From the NCBI GenBank assembly GCA_041497895.1, contig JBGQHJ010000064.1:1-25867 (forward strand): a stretch of 25,867 nt of DNA, read 5' to 3'. Shown piece after piece: positions 1 to 8,618 of this stretch (positions are counted from its first letter, which is position 1; each line of letters begins with the position of its first letter). The notes under the pieces were generated by a model. The model did no database searches. It was given only the letters and a program-made list of their open reading frames with translations, and was not told the DNA's origin. This DNA comes from Candidatus Methylomirabilia bacterium (GTDB lineage: Bacteria; Methylomirabilota; Methylomirabilia; Rokubacteriales; CSP1-6). A program made the position numbers and the translations under genes.

Positions 1-339
1 GAGGTGCTGGTCGCGCTGGGGGGCACGGTGCGCACCCTCGCCAGCGTCCACCTGCGCGCGAACCCGGGCGAGCGCAAGCACCGCCACGGGCTCGTGCTCC
101 GCCAGTCCGACGTCACCGCGATCCGCGAGCGGCTCGAAGCGCTCTCCTCGCGTGGCCGGCGGAGGATCCGCGGGCTCAAGGCCGAGCGGGCCGACATCAT
201 CCTGGCCGGCGCGATGGTCATCGAGGACGTCATGATCGGTGGAGGCTACCTGAGCCTGCTGGTCTGCACGCGCGGCGTGCGCGACGGCGTGCTCCTGCAC
301 GAGGTGTCTCGCAAGCGAAGCACCCTGCCCGCCGGCTAG
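1..339 (+). CDS. ppx: Ppx/GppA family exopolyphosphatase, 3' part (5'-truncated by window edge)
   Basis: Motifs GGTVRTLA, ERADIILAGA and GVRDGVL are typical of the Ppx/GppA second domain; directly upstream of ppk1; frame is open from position 1. Confidence 0.85.
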   Translation, partial: EVLVALGGTVRTLASVHLRANPGERKHRHGLVLRQSDVTAIRERLEALSSRGRRRIRGLKAERADIILAGAMVIEDVMIGGGYLSLLVCTRGVRDGVLLHEVSRKRSTLPAG

Positions 340-475
340 GCCGCACCGCCGCCAGCCGGCCTTGACAGGTCGGCGAACGGTAGGACGATGGAGGGGCGGT
401 CGGCCCGACCGCATCCCGCCCAAGTACCTGGATTCGTGCGGGACGTGCTCAGGCCGACGCGAGAAGTGGGCGGTT

Positions 476-522
476 TCGTAACAATTCCGTAATTTGACGC
501 CTCGGGCCTGGCCGACGACACT
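476..522 (+). promoter_or_regulatory. Putative ppk1 promoter: Pho-box-like repeat abutting a sigma70-type -35/-10
   Basis: GTAAC (478-482) and GTAAT (489-493) at 11-bp period; TTGACG (494-499), 17-bp spacer, GACACT (517-522), then 6 nt to ATG 529. Confidence 0.55.
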
Positions 523-528
523 CTCGCC

Positions 529-2646
529 ATGCCCGCGGCCGGCCGCCCTCCCCTCTTGCCCCCGAGGTCTCCGATGAGCCCGTTTCCACCGGATGCGTTC
601 GTCAATCGCGAGCTCTCCTGGCTCGAGTTCAACCGTCGCGTGCTGGAGGAGGCCCAGGACTCGACGGTGCCGCTGCTCGAGCGCGCGAAGTTCCTCGCGA
701 TCTTCAGCTCCAACCTCGACGAGTTCTTCATGGTCCGGGTCGCGGAGCTGAAGCGTCGGATCCGCGCCGGCGACACCGCCGCCGGGCCGGACGGCCTCTC
801 CCCGACGGAGACGCTCGCCGCGGTCGCCGACAAGGTCCACCGGCTGGTGGACGCCCAGCACCGCTGCTACCTCGAGGAGCTGGGGCCGATCCTGGCCTCG
901 GAGGGTATCCGGCTCGTCCGGCCGAAGGAGGTGACCGCGGAGCAGGAGCGGTTCCTCGAGGACTATTTCCGGCGCACGCTGATGCCCATCCTGACTCCCC
1001 TCGCGATCGATCCCGGCCACCCGTTCCCGCACCTCGCGAACCGGGCCCTCTGCCTGGTGGTCACGGTCAAGCCGGTCACGGCCAGCGTCCTGCCCCACGC
1101 GACCCTCACCGTGGTTCACATCCCGGGGCAGGTCGTCCCGCGGTTCGTGGCGCTGCCCGGCCCCGCGGGCCTGCACGCCTTCATGCTGCTCGAGGACGTG
1201 ATCCGCCTCCAGCTCCCCACGCTCTACACCGGCTACGAGATCGTCTCCTGCCACGCCATCCGGATCACGCGCGACGCGGAGATCCCGGTCGGGCGCAAGA
1301 CCGCGGTGGACCTCCTGACCAGCGTCGAGGCGGGCGTGCGCGAGCGCCGCATGGGAGACGCGGTGCGGCTGCAGTACGACGCCGACCTGCCCTCCCCCCT
1401 GCTGGCGATGCTCGTCGACGAGCTCGAGCTCGGCCCCGACGATCTCTACGCGGGGACCGGCTTCACCGCGTTCTCGGACCTCTTCCAGCTCTACGCCGCG
1501 GTGGACCTCCCGCGGCTCAAGGATCAACCGCTGCCGCCGCGCCCGGTCCCGGCCTTCGAGGGCAGCCCGGACCTCTGGAGCGCGATCCGGGGGGGCGACG
1601 TCCTTGCCCACCACCCGTACCACTCGTTCGACGCGGTCACCCGCTTCGTGAGCGACGCCGCCGTCGACCCGCGCGTCCTCGCGATCAAGATGACGCTCTA
1701 TCGCGTGAGCCCCACCTCCCCCATCGCCCTGGCCCTCACCCGCGCGGCCGAGAACGGCAAGGAGGTCGCGGTGCTGGTCGAGCTGCAGGCGCGATTCGAC
1801 GAGGAGGCCAACATCCGCTGGGCCCGCGCGCTGGAAGAGGTCGGGGCCCACGTGGTCTACGGCCTGCCCGGCTACAAGACGCACTGCAAGGCCTGCCTCG
1901 TGGTGCGCCAGGAGCCGGACGGAATCCGGCGCTACTGCCACCTCGCCACCGGCAACTACAACGTGCGCACCGGCGGGATCTACGGCGACTTCAGCCTGTT
2001 CACGTGTCGCGAGTCCATCGGCGAGGACGTCACCGAGCTGTTCAACATGCTGACCGGCTACACGCGTCCCCGCCGCTTCCGCCACCTCCTGATGGCGCCC
2101 ACCGGGATGCGCGACGCCTTCCAGCAGCGCATCCGGCGCGAGGCCGAGCACGCGCGCCGGGGCGAGCCGGCCCGCATCGTTGCCAAGATGAACAGCCTGG
2201 TGGACCGCACCCTGATCGAGGAGCTCTACGCGGCGAGCCAGGTCGGGGTCCGGGTGGACCTGATCGTGCGCGGGATCTGCTGCCTGCGCCCGGGGATCCC
2301 CGGCCTGTCGGACCGCATCCGCGTGATCTCGATCGTGGACCGCTACCTCGAGCACGCCCGCGTCTTCTACTTCCACAACGGGGGCCACTCCGAGTACTGG
2401 CTCGCCTCGGCCGACTGGATGCCGCGCAACCTGGACCATCGGGTCGAGATCGCCTTCCCGGTGCTCGACCCGCGGCTCCAGTCCGAGATCCGCGAGGTGC
2501 TCGAGGTGCAGCTCACCGACACCGCCAAGGCCCGGGAGATCCAGATCGACGGCAGCTCGACCCGCCTGCGCGTCGCGCAGGGCCCGCCCGTGCGGTCGCA
2601 GGAGCGGCTCTACGAGCTGGTGGCCGCGGAGAGCCGCGCGTCCTAG
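529..2646 (+). CDS. ppk1: Polyphosphate kinase 1 (alternative start ATG 574)
   Basis: NRELSWLEFNRRVL, SNLDEFFMVRV, HHPYHSF, KMTLYR, VELQARFDEEANI, KTHCK, TGNYN, RGICCLRPG, YLEHAR, SADWMPRNLDHRVE. Confidence 0.97.
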   Translation: MPAAGRPPLLPPRSPMSPFPPDAFVNRELSWLEFNRRVLEEAQDSTVPLLERAKFLAIFSSNLDEFFMVRVAELKRRIRAGDTAAGPDGLSPTETLAAVADKVHRLVDAQHRCYLEELGPILASEGIRLVRPKEVTAEQERFLEDYFRRTLMPILTPLAIDPGHPFPHLANRALCLVVTVKPVTASVLPHATLTVVHIPGQVVPRFVALPGPAGLHAFMLLEDVIRLQLPTLYTGYEIVSCHAIRITRDAEIPVGRKTAVDLLTSVEAGVRERRMGDAVRLQYDADLPSPLLAMLVDELELGPDDLYAGTGFTAFSDLFQLYAAVDLPRLKDQPLPPRPVPAFEGSPDLWSAIRGGDVLAHHPYHSFDAVTRFVSDAAVDPRVLAIKMTLYRVSPTSPIALALTRAAENGKEVAVLVELQARFDEEANIRWARALEEVGAHVVYGLPGYKTHCKACLVVRQEPDGIRRYCHLATGNYNVRTGGIYGDFSLFTCRESIGEDVTELFNMLTGYTRPRRFRHLLMAPTGMRDAFQQRIRREAEHARRGEPARIVAKMNSLVDRTLIEELYAASQVGVRVDLIVRGICCLRPGIPGLSDRIRVISIVDRYLEHARVFYFHNGGHSEYWLASADWMPRNLDHRVEIAFPVLDPRLQSEIREVLEVQLTDTAKAREIQIDGSSTRLRVAQGPPVRSQERLYELVAAESRAS

Positions 2647-3476
2647 CCGGAGCGGACCGCTCCGTCCACCGCGAGCAGGTCCCGGAGCGCCTGGTCGTGG
2701 GCCAGCGGGTCGCCGGCCAGCAGCGCGATCGGCTCACCCTGGTAGCCGTCGGGATCGAGGGGAAAGAGCGGGGTGCCGCGCTCGCCGGTCAGCACCCCGC
2801 CGGCCTCGGTCACCACCGGGGCCGCGCCCGCGATGTCCCAGAGGGTGGCCCGCTGATCGTGGACGAAGGCCAGCGCGCCGGCCGCCACGTAGCAGAGATG
2901 GAGCGCGGTCGAGCCGACGCGCCGGAGCCGGTAGCGTGAGAGCCACCGCGGCACGAAATCAGGCGGACCGTCTCGATAGGGCGTGCGGACGCAGAAGAGC
3001 GACCGGGGCGAGAGCGGGGCCGGCTCCAGACGCAGCGGCCGCTCGTTGACCCATGCCCCGTGGCCCACGAGCGCGCTCCAGAGCTGCCCGCCGAGCGGAT
3101 CGTAGACCGCGCCGCAGAACGGCCGCCCGTGCCGGAGCACCCCGACCGAGACCGAGAACCCCGGGATACCCCGCCCGAAGTTGTTGGTGCCGTCGATCGG
3201 ATCGACGACCCACACGTGCGTCGCCTCGAGCCGCCGCGGCGCGGAGGCCCCGTTCTCCTCGCCCAGCACGCCGTCGTCCGGGAAGGCGGCCGCGATCTCC
3301 CGGTCGAGATAGGCCTGGATGGCGATATCCGCGTCGGTGACCATCGAGTCGTCGCTCTTCCAGGAGATCTCGGCCCGGGTCCAGTGCTCGAGCGCGATCT
3401 GGCCACCGAGCCGGGCGAGGCGGGTCGCGGCGGCGAGCCGGATCGGACCGTCGGGGGACGGCTCGCGGCGCATCAT
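2643..3476 (-). CDS. Inositol monophosphatase (FIG superfamily) phosphatase, 277 aa
   Basis: Motifs VTDAD, GEE, WVVDPIDGTNNF, RRVGSTALHLCYVAAG, WDIAGA. Start taken as ATG 3476, which overlaps the phnM stop (ATGA); the longer 4196 start in the ORF track is shadow of phnM. Confidence 0.92.
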   Translation of the reverse strand: MMRREPSPDGPIRLAAATRLARLGGQIALEHWTRAEISWKSDDSMVTDADIAIQAYLDREIAAAFPDDGVLGEENGASAPRRLEATHVWVVDPIDGTNNFGRGIPGFSVSVGVLRHGRPFCGAVYDPLGGQLWSALVGHGAWVNERPLRLEPAPLSPRSLFCVRTPYRDGPPDFVPRWLSRYRLRRVGSTALHLCYVAAGALAFVHDQRATLWDIAGAAPVVTEAGGVLTGERGTPLFPLDPDGYQGEPIALLAGDPLAHDQALRDLLAVDGAVRSG

Positions 3477-4618
3477 GCCGCCCGCTCCCCCTGGCACCAC
3501 ACCCCCCGCACCGCGACGACCTCGCCGGCCACCCGTACCCGGACCAGGTCCGCACGCCGGCCCGTCGCGATCGCGCCGCGGTCCTCCAGGCCCACGCGCC
3601 GGGCCGGGGTGGCCGACACGGTGGCGATCGCCCGGGGCAGGGTCATCCCGTGACGGGCGTGGAGCAGGAAGGCGCCGTGGAGCACGCTCGCCGGCACGTA
3701 GTCGGACGACAGCACGTCGAGCCATCCCCGCTCGGCCAGCAGGGCGGCCGGGACATTGCCGGAGTGCGACTGGCCACGGACCAGGTTCGGCGCCCCGGCC
3801 AGCACCGCCAGGCCGTAGTCGTGCGCGGCGCGCGCGGCCTCGAGGGTGGTGGGGAACTCCGCGATCGCCGCGCCGGCCTGCATCGCCTCGTCCACGTGCG
3901 CGACGGTCGCGTCGTCGTGGCTCGCCACCGGCAGGCCGTGCTTGCGGCAGAGCGCGGTGATCGCGGCGCGGTGCTCCTCGGCGTAGCGGGCCCGCTCCTC
4001 CAGGCGGCGCTCGACCAGGGCGTCGAGCTGCGCGTCGGTGAGGCCGTAGCGCCCCTGGTTGTACTCGCGGTACTTCGCGACGTCGACGAACTGGCGCTGG
4101 CCCGGCGCGTGGTCCATCAGCGACACGAGCCGCACCAGCGGATCGTCCGCGAACGGGACGAAGTCCTGCACCACCAGCGCGGTGCTCACCTCGCATCGCA
4201 TGTGGAGATAGTGATCGGACCGGAGCAGCCCCGCGGCCCTCGCGGTCCGGATCGCCTCGACGAGCGGGCGCGGGTCCCGCGGCCGCTGGCCGGTGTCGAC
4301 CAGGTAGCCGATGGCCAGGCTGTCGAGCACGGTGGTGATGCCCGCGCCCACGAGCTGGCTGTCGTAGGCCAGGACCGCCGGCAGCTCGGGCCAGTGCACG
4401 CCCGGCCGCGGGATCGCGTGGCGCTCAAGCACGTCGGTGTGAAGCTCGACCACCCCCGGCACCAGGTAGTCACCGTCGAGGTCGATGGTCGAGCTCATGG
4501 CCCCGCGCGTCGCCTTCCGACCCGGCTCCACCGCCGCGATCAGCCCGTCCTCCACCACCACCGAGCCCAGGAACACGTCGTCCGGCGTCACGATCCGCGC
4601 ATTGGTGAAGAGGGTCAT
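3473..4618 (-). CDS. phnM: Alpha-D-ribose 1-methylphosphonate 5-triphosphate diphosphatase
   Basis: PGVVELHTD, HLRCE-like HMRCEV, SLMDHAPGQRQF, ASHDD, AEFPTT, GAPNLVRGQSHSGNV, LSSDYVP. Confidence 0.96.
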   Translation of the reverse strand: MTLFTNARIVTPDDVFLGSVVVEDGLIAAVEPGRKATRGAMSSTIDLDGDYLVPGVVELHTDVLERHAIPRPGVHWPELPAVLAYDSQLVGAGITTVLDSLAIGYLVDTGQRPRDPRPLVEAIRTARAAGLLRSDHYLHMRCEVSTALVVQDFVPFADDPLVRLVSLMDHAPGQRQFVDVAKYREYNQGRYGLTDAQLDALVERRLEERARYAEEHRAAITALCRKHGLPVASHDDATVAHVDEAMQAGAAIAEFPTTLEAARAAHDYGLAVLAGAPNLVRGQSHSGNVPAALLAERGWLDVLSSDYVPASVLHGAFLLHARHGMTLPRAIATVSATPARRVGLEDRGAIATGRRADLVRVRVAGEVVAVRGVWCQGERAA

Positions 4619-5313
4619 GGGGCCTCCGTTCCGGCCAGCGTGCGCACGCGCGTCGCCACCTCGGCGCGAACCTGGGCGTCGTGCACGATGCCGAGCACGG
4701 CCGCGCCGCGGCGGCGCGCCTCCCGGATCAGCTCGACGACCGCGAGGCGGCTCGCCGCATCCAGCGAGGCCGTGGGTTCATCCAGCAGGACGACGGGATA
4801 GTCGGCGACGAAGACACGGGCGACGTTCACCCGCTGCTGCTCGCCGCCGGAGAAGGTCACCGGCGACAGGGTCCACAGCCGCTCGGGAATGCCGAGCCGA
4901 TCGAGCACGGCGCGCGCCCGCCGCAGCGCCGCGGCCCCCTCGACCCCCCGGGCGCGCAGGGTGCCGGCCACCACCTGCTCGGTGGGCACGCGCGGGATCA
5001 CCCGCAGGAACTGGCTCACGTAGCCCAGGGTGTGGCGGCGGACGTCGAGCACGAGACGAGGTGGGGCCCCGACGATGTCCACGACCCGGTCCCGGTGCCG
5101 GATCAGGACCTGCCCCTCCCGCACCAGGTAGTTGCCGTAGATCGACCGGAGCAGCGTGCTCTTCCCCGCCCCGGACGGGTCGGCCAGCACCACGCACTCG
5201 CCCGGCTCCACCGCGAGGCTCACGCCGGTGAGCACCGGCAGCTCCACGCCGCCCTGGACGTGCAGGGTGAACGCCTTGACGAGCGCGCGCACCTCGAGCG
5301 AGGCCGCGCTCAC
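4615..5313 (-). CDS. phnL: C-P lyase ABC-type ATPase PhnL, 232 aa
   Basis: KAFTLHVQGG, KSTLLRSIYGNY, GYVSQFLRVIPRVP, TFSGGEQQRVN, LLDEPTASLD; GTG 5313 overlaps the phnK stop (GTGA). Confidence 0.95.
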   Translation of the reverse strand: MSAASLEVRALVKAFTLHVQGGVELPVLTGVSLAVEPGECVVLADPSGAGKSTLLRSIYGNYLVREGQVLIRHRDRVVDIVGAPPRLVLDVRRHTLGYVSQFLRVIPRVPTEQVVAGTLRARGVEGAAALRRARAVLDRLGIPERLWTLSPVTFSGGEQQRVNVARVFVADYPVVLLDEPTASLDAASRLAVVELIREARRRGAAVLGIVHDAQVRAEVATRVRTLAGTEAP

Positions 5314-6098
5314 GGCTGGAGCACCGAGGAAACCAGGAGCTGCGCGTAGGGATGCTGGGGGTCGTCGAGCACCTGATCGGTGAGCCCGGACTCCACCACT
5401 TCCCCGCCCCGCATCACGAGCAGGCGGTGCGCGAGCAGGCGGGCCACCGCCAGGTCGTGGGTCACGATCACCGCGGAGAGCCCGAGGTCTTCCACCAGGC
5501 CGCGCAGGAGGTCGAGGAGGCGCGCCTGCACCGAGACGTCGAGGCCGCCGGTCGGCTCGTCCATCAGGACCAGGCGCGGCCCGGTTACCAGGTTGCGCGC
5601 GATCTGTAGCCGCTGCTGCATGCCGCCCGAGAAGGTCTCCGGGAGGTCGTCGATCCGGCTCTCGTCGATCTCCACCCGCGCGAGCCAGTCGAGCGCACGC
5701 CCGCGCACGCGTCCGTAGTGCCGGGCCCCCAGGGCCATGAGCCGCTCGCCGACATTGGCCCCGGCGCTCACGCCCATGCGCAGGCCGTCGCGGGCGTGCT
5801 GGTGCACGACCCCCCACTCCGTCCGCAGCAGGCGGCGGCGCGCCGCCTCGTCGAGGCGCAGGACGTCGACCACGCCGCCGTCGGCCGTGGCGTACGCGAC
5901 CTGCCCGCCGTCGGCGGTGACCCGGCCGGACAGGCAGTCGAGCACGGTGGTCTTGCCCGAGCCCGACTCGCCCACGATCCCGAGCACCTCACCCGGCCAC
6001 AGGTCGAAGCCCACGTCGAGGCACCCCACCTGGGCGCCGTAGCGCTTGGCGAGGCCCCGCACCCCGAGCAGCGGGCGATCGTCCGGGCTCGCGCTCAT
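5310..6098 (-). CDS. phnK: C-P lyase ABC-type ATPase PhnK
   Basis: GESGSGKTT, RTEWGVVHQ, VSAGANVGERLM, FSGGMQQRLQIARNL, DEPTGGLDVSVQARLLD, LDDPQHPYAQLLVSS. Confidence 0.97.
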   Translation of the reverse strand: MSASPDDRPLLGVRGLAKRYGAQVGCLDVGFDLWPGEVLGIVGESGSGKTTVLDCLSGRVTADGGQVAYATADGGVVDVLRLDEAARRRLLRTEWGVVHQHARDGLRMGVSAGANVGERLMALGARHYGRVRGRALDWLARVEIDESRIDDLPETFSGGMQQRLQIARNLVTGPRLVLMDEPTGGLDVSVQARLLDLLRGLVEDLGLSAVIVTHDLAVARLLAHRLLVMRGGEVVESGLTDQVLDDPQHPYAQLLVSSVLQP

Positions 6099-6940
6099 GC
6101 GCCGGGCCCGTGGCCCGCCGCCTGCCGGCGAGCGCAGAAGTCGGTGTCCGAGCAGATGAAGAGCCGGCCCCCCTTGTCGTCGACGATGAGCTCGTCGAGG
6201 AACGCGCCGCGGGCCCCGCAGAGGTCACAGGGGCGGTCCCAGTGCTCGACCTCGAACGGGTGGTCGTCGAAGTCCAGGCTCTTGACGGACGTCCAGGGCG
6301 GGACCGCGTAGATGCGCTTCTCCCGGCCGGCCCCGAAGAGCATCAGGGCCGGGCTCCGGTCGAGCTTGGGGTTGTCGAGCTTCGGGATCGGCGAGGGCCG
6401 CATCAGGTAGCGGCCGTTGACGATCACCGGGTACTCGTAGGTCTGCGCGACCCGGCCGTGGCGGGTGATGTCCTCGTAGAGCCGTACGTACATCACCCCG
6501 TACTCCTCGAGGGCGTGCATCTTGCGGGTCTCGGCCTCCCGCGGCTCGAGCCAGCGGAGGGGCTCCGGGATCGGGACCTGGAACACGACGATCTGGCCGG
6601 GCCCCAGGGGGGTCTCGGGAATGCGATGCCGCGTCTGGATCAGCGTCGCCTCCGCGGTCCGGGTGGTGGTGGCGACGCCGGTGGTGCGGGCGAAGAACTT
6701 CCGGATGCTCACCGCGTTGGTGGTGTCGTCGGCACCCTGGTCGATGACCTTGAGCACGTCGGTGGGCCCGATCACGCTGGCGGTCACCTGCACGCCTCCG
6801 GTGCCCCAGCCGTAGGACAGCGGCATCTCGCGGCTGCCGAACGGCACCTGGTAACCGGGCACCGCGACCGCCTTCAAGATCGCGCGTCGGATCATCCGTT
6901 TCGTCTGCTCGTCGAGGTAGGCGAAGTTGTACCGGCTCAT
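6095..6940 (-). CDS. phnJ: C-P lyase radical-SAM subunit PhnJ, 281 aa
   Basis: YNFAYLDEQTKRMIRRAILKAVAVPGYQ (glycyl-radical Gly), YGWGTGG, DQGADDTTNAV, Cys cluster CDLC...CSDTDFC; ATG 6940 overlaps the phnI stop. Confidence 0.98.
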   Translation of the reverse strand: MSRYNFAYLDEQTKRMIRRAILKAVAVPGYQVPFGSREMPLSYGWGTGGVQVTASVIGPTDVLKVIDQGADDTTNAVSIRKFFARTTGVATTTRTAEATLIQTRHRIPETPLGPGQIVVFQVPIPEPLRWLEPREAETRKMHALEEYGVMYVRLYEDITRHGRVAQTYEYPVIVNGRYLMRPSPIPKLDNPKLDRSPALMLFGAGREKRIYAVPPWTSVKSLDFDDHPFEVEHWDRPCDLCGARGAFLDELIVDDKGGRLFICSDTDFCARRQAAGHGPGA

Positions 6941-8031
6941 CGCGAGGCGGTCCCGCCGTGGGCGGCGCGCAGGTCGCGGACCAGGACCAGCTCCGCCTGG
7001 AAGTCGACGTAGTGGGGCAGCTTGAGGTGCTGCACGAAGCCCGAGGCCTCGACGCTGTCGGAGTGGCTCAGCACGAACTCCTCGTCCCGGGTCGGCGACG
7101 CCGGCTCCTCGCCCAGCTCGCGGGCGCGCAGGGCCCGGTCCACCAGGGCCATGGCCATCGCCTTGCGCTCCGTGCTCCCGAAGGCGAGCCCGTAGCCTCG
7201 AGTGAACTGTGCGGGTACCGCCGCCGAGCCTTTGAATTGATTCACCATCTGACACTCGGTCACCTGGATCGTCGCGATCTCGACCGGAAACCCGATCTCC
7301 TCCGGGGCGAGGCTCACGGATACCTCGCCCTGCCGGATCTCGCCCGCGAAGGGATGGTTGCGGCCATAGCCCCGCTGGGTGGCGTAGCCCATCGCGAGGA
7401 GGAAGCCTTCGTCGCCTCGCGCGAGATTCTGCAGGCGCACGTCGCGTCCGGCCGGGAAGGTCAGCGGCTCTCGGGTGAGGTCGCCCACCCGGCCGTCGTC
7501 GCTCACCGCCGGCTCGCTCTCGATCAACCCCTCGCGGTCGAGCAGGTCGATCACCCGGGGGAGCGACGCGTCCGCCTCAGGCCCGGCCGCATCGTCCTCC
7601 GTCACGGTGGAGTCCGGGTCGCCGGGCTCGGCCAGCTCGAAGTCCAGCAGCCGATGCGTGTAGTCGAAGGTCGGCCCGAGGATCTGGCCGCCGGGCAGGT
7701 CCTTGAAGATGGCCGAGACCCGGCGGTGGACCACCATGGCCGCCGTGTCGAGCGGCCGGCTCACGCCCAGCCGCGGCAGCGTGGTCCGGTACGCGCGCAG
7801 CAGGAAGATGGCCTCGATCAGGTCGCCGCGTGACTGCTTGACCGCCAGGGCCGCCAGCGCGCGATCGTAGAGCGAGCCCTCGGTCATGACCCGGTCCACC
7901 GCGAGGGCGAGCTGCTGCTCGATCTGCGCCAGGCCGAGCTCGGGCACGCTCGGGTCGCCCCGGCGCTCCTCGGCGAGGAGCTGATGCGCGCGGTCGATGG
8001 CGCGCTCGCCTCCCTTCACCGCGACGTACAT
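6937..8031 (-). CDS. phnI: C-P lyase complex subunit PhnI, 364 aa
   Basis: MYVAVKGGE start (ATG 8031), EAIFLLRAYRTTLPR, GGQILGPTFDYTHRLL, HLKLPHYVDFQAEL. Confidence 0.97.
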   Translation of the reverse strand: MYVAVKGGERAIDRAHQLLAEERRGDPSVPELGLAQIEQQLALAVDRVMTEGSLYDRALAALAVKQSRGDLIEAIFLLRAYRTTLPRLGVSRPLDTAAMVVHRRVSAIFKDLPGGQILGPTFDYTHRLLDFELAEPGDPDSTVTEDDAAGPEADASLPRVIDLLDREGLIESEPAVSDDGRVGDLTREPLTFPAGRDVRLQNLARGDEGFLLAMGYATQRGYGRNHPFAGEIRQGEVSVSLAPEEIGFPVEIATIQVTECQMVNQFKGSAAVPAQFTRGYGLAFGSTERKAMAMALVDRALRARELGEEPASPTRDEEFVLSHSDSVEASGFVQHLKLPHYVDFQAELVLVRDLRAAHGGTASR

Positions 8032-8035
8032 GGGC

Positions 8036-8614
8036 TCAGCCCTCCACGCGCGTGGTCCGCGGCAGCGCGACCACCGCGGTGCCCGCGGTGAGGAGCACGT
8101 CCACACCTCGTGGGAAGCGGGCGTGGTTCGCGCGCAGGCCCTCCCAGAAGCGTGCCGGGAGCCCGTCCGCGTCCAGCCGGCCTTCGGAAGCGATGCCGGG
8201 CCCGGTCAGGCGCCGGCCGGCCCCCGCGGCGAGCGTGCGGGCCTGCACGATGACCGTCGCCGAGCGGTCGGGGTACTCGTCCGTTCCCGGATCGAAGCGA
8301 TCGAGCTCCGGCATGGCCGCCGGCGCGGCCACCACCGCGAAGCGGGCGCGCTCCGGAGGGTCCACGAGCGGGCAGCCGCAGTGAAAGCGCAGGTGCGCGC
8401 TCACCTCCTCCGTCCGGCCGGCCGTGTCCAGCCACAGCGGCGTCTCGAAGTCGACCAGGGCCAGGCAGATCGCGAGGGTCGCGGGGTGCAGCGGCGGGAG
8501 CCACGCGCCCTCCAGGCCGATCGACACGACCCGTCCCGGGTGCGACATCGCCTCGAGCACGGCGCGGAAAACGCGCTGGCTGTCGAGCACGGGATCGGCC
8601 AGCCCGGCCCGCAC
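8036..8614 (-). CDS. phnH: C-P lyase complex subunit PhnH
   Basis: SQRVFRAVLEAMSHPG, LVDFETPLWLD, LRFHCG, GTDEYPDRSAT, FPRGVD, LPRTT; GAGGA SD-like sequence upstream. Confidence 0.95.
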   Translation of the reverse strand: MRAGLADPVLDSQRVFRAVLEAMSHPGRVVSIGLEGAWLPPLHPATLAICLALVDFETPLWLDTAGRTEEVSAHLRFHCGCPLVDPPERARFAVVAAPAAMPELDRFDPGTDEYPDRSATVIVQARTLAAGAGRRLTGPGIASEGRLDADGLPARFWEGLRANHARFPRGVDVLLTAGTAVVALPRTTRVEG

Positions 8615-8618
8615 GAGG

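Noticed and set aside
388..492. 34-codon ORF MEGRSARPHPAQ... between ppx and ppk1
   Set aside because: Many A/T-ending codons, runs through the Pho-like box, and has no support as a coding sequence.
336..833. 165-aa minus-strand ORF
   Set aside because: Mostly antisense to ppk1, spans its promoter and has no recognisable motif.
3477..4196. N-terminal extension making the IMPase ORF 517 aa
   Set aside because: Arg/Pro/Gly-rich alternative frame of phnM; the ATGA-coupled start at 3476 is more plausible.
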